Shown piece after piece: positions 62,680 through 64,000 of a DNA stretch of 64,000 bases (within the stretch, counting starts at the first letter, position 1; every line of letters starts with the position of its first letter). This DNA is from Clostridia bacterium. Its GTDB lineage: Bacteria > Bacillota > Clostridia > Oscillospirales > CAG-272. The stretch is taken from assembly GCA_017481225.1 (NCBI GenBank), contig JAFUPM010000026.1:8418-72417 (forward strand). The letters are read 5' to 3'. Both the position numbers and the translations under genes were made by a program. Below the pieces are notes generated by a model that worked only from the letters and a program-made list of their open reading frames with translations, was not told where the DNA came from and made no database searches.

Positions 62680-64000
62680 ATGAAAAAGAGAATTATTTCT
62701 ATGATTCTTGTCATCGTTATGGCTGTTATGGCTCTTGTGGGCTGTGCGGAAAGCCTCGTTGACAGGGATCTTAACGACAACATCGAAGCTGAGTTCGATG
62801 TAAACGCCTTCTTTAAGAAGCTGGGCGAGCTGAAAATTGAGGACGGAACCTATTCCGCTGACCCTATCGTCAGAGCTCTTGTAGAGAGCCAGAAGATTTA
62901 CGGCGACGTTTCCGCCGCTATCGTTAAGGCAGGCGACAAGCTCGAGGAGGGCAGCTTCGACGAGAACGACGTTCTCTACTACTGCTACTACGTTACCTAC
63001 GAGAAGGACGGCAAGTCCTACGTTTACGAGTATGCACAGATGAAGGAAACCAACGTTACCGACTCCAATAGCGGCGCGAAGGTTCCCCACAATATCTACC
63101 TCGGCTCCGTAAGCTCTGAGGACAACACCGAGGACGATTTCCTCGAGGCTCTCAAGGCTGCCATAGACTTTGAGAATATCGGCGATATCAAGGATTACAT
63201 CTACTCCACAAACTCTGCGAGCAAGGTTGTAACCGTCGGTGACGACGACGAGGTTAAGGTAGCTATTTCCTACACCAAGACCTGGACCGAGACTACTCCC
63301 GTTGCAGGCGGTGAGGACGAGACCGTTACCAAAACCGAGAAGGCTCTCTACGAGGTAGTAACCCTTTCTAAGGCTATGGCGGAGAACAACGCTCTCGTTA
63401 AGTTCCTTATCGGCGACGGCAAGGACGTAGTTGCTCTCAAGGAGGGCGTAAATTACGACAGCGTAACCGTTAAGGTTGGCAGCGACGTTGCCTTCACCAC
63501 CTACAAGATGGTTACAGGCACCGACGGCACAGAGACTAAGGACAAGACCACGGCAAACGAGTTCACTCTCGTTGAGGACGGCAAGGAGTACACCTACTCC
63601 GAGGTTGGTATTGAGTGGATTATTGAGTCCGAGGGTAAGGAAATTGCTACTATTACCGATAAGACCTATAAGGAAAGCACCAAGCTCGAGAACAACGCAG
63701 CTCACGAGCATATCGCAAACGAGGAGAATCCCGACCTTAAGGACGTGGAGCTTACCTACCACATTTACCCCGTTTACTACTACGACGTTCCCGAAATCGA
63801 CGCTACCGCACTTCTTAAGGACCTTCTCGGCTCCTCTTTGAAGGCTGACAGCTTCGAGGCTCTTGAGAGCGAGGATTACAAGTCGGGCGAGGGCGAGAGC
63901 GCAAAGACCGTAAAGGCTCTCGTTGCCGAGCTTATTGACATCTACGCGAAGGATTCCTCTAAGACCGAGACCTTCGACAAGAACTCCGCAGACGCGCTTA
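62680..64000 (+). CDS. Putative lipoprotein, partial (continues beyond the window)
   Basis: The ORF is open to the right edge, so it is not in the track. The ATG at 62680 has a GAGGAAGAG RBS. The signal peptide MKKRIISMILVIVMAVMALVGC carries an LVGC lipobox. Confidence 0.6.
   Translation, partial: MKKRIISMILVIVMAVMALVGCAESLVDRDLNDNIEAEFDVNAFFKKLGELKIEDGTYSADPIVRALVESQKIYGDVSAAIVKAGDKLEEGSFDENDVLYYCYYVTYEKDGKSYVYEYAQMKETNVTDSNSGAKVPHNIYLGSVSSEDNTEDDFLEALKAAIDFENIGDIKDYIYSTNSASKVVTVGDDDEVKVAISYTKTWTETTPVAGGEDETVTKTEKALYEVVTLSKAMAENNALVKFLIGDGKDVVALKEGVNYDSVTVKVGSDVAFTTYKMVTGTDGTETKDKTTANEFTLVEDGKEYTYSEVGIEWIIESEGKEIATITDKTYKESTKLENNAAHEHIANEENPDLKDVELTYHIYPVYYYDVPEIDATALLKDLLGSSLKADSFEALESEDYKSGEGESAKTVKALVAELIDIYAKDSSKTETFDKNSADAL

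Overview
The window looks like a chromosomal segment of an anaerobic, spore-forming Firmicute of class Clostridia. That assignment is an inference from content: spoIIE, a spoVM-like micro-ORF, nrdDG, a Re-citrate-synthase/aconitase/IDH operon and strong codon bias. I see about 50 protein genes and no rRNA, tRNA, CRISPR array, transposase or integrase. Most of the content is housekeeping: nagA (partial), a TetR-controlled GPH-transporter/GH2 sugar module, comM, a U32 peptidase, htrA, ApbE, spoIIE, an OmpR-type two-component system, truB, and a lipid cluster (yloV-plsX-degV-GNAT-ACP). It also holds nrdG/nrdD/trxB, a citrate-to-2-oxoglutarate operon, trpS, and a five- to six-gene ABC-2/GldG-like envelope operon. 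I found no clear-cut new defence or mobile system, and I rank nothing here as a confident novel system. The most unusual signals are listed below.
- NrdD carries a fused C-terminal thioredoxin-fold domain and sits next to a TrxB-like gene that lacks the NADPH motif.
- Two families of highly structured intergenic repeats are present: an 86-nt palindromic unit in three near-identical copies directly after stop codons, and a duplicated 210-nt GTGAAAT/ATTTCAC hairpin-ladder element.
- Tandem duplications of 41-47 nt recur, including two that straddle gene stop codons.
- A small RHH-gene islet, including a frameshifted copy, is inserted between nrdG and nrdD.
- The double-GldG ABC operon has no known function.
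All functional calls rest on motifs read from the translations, not on database searches.
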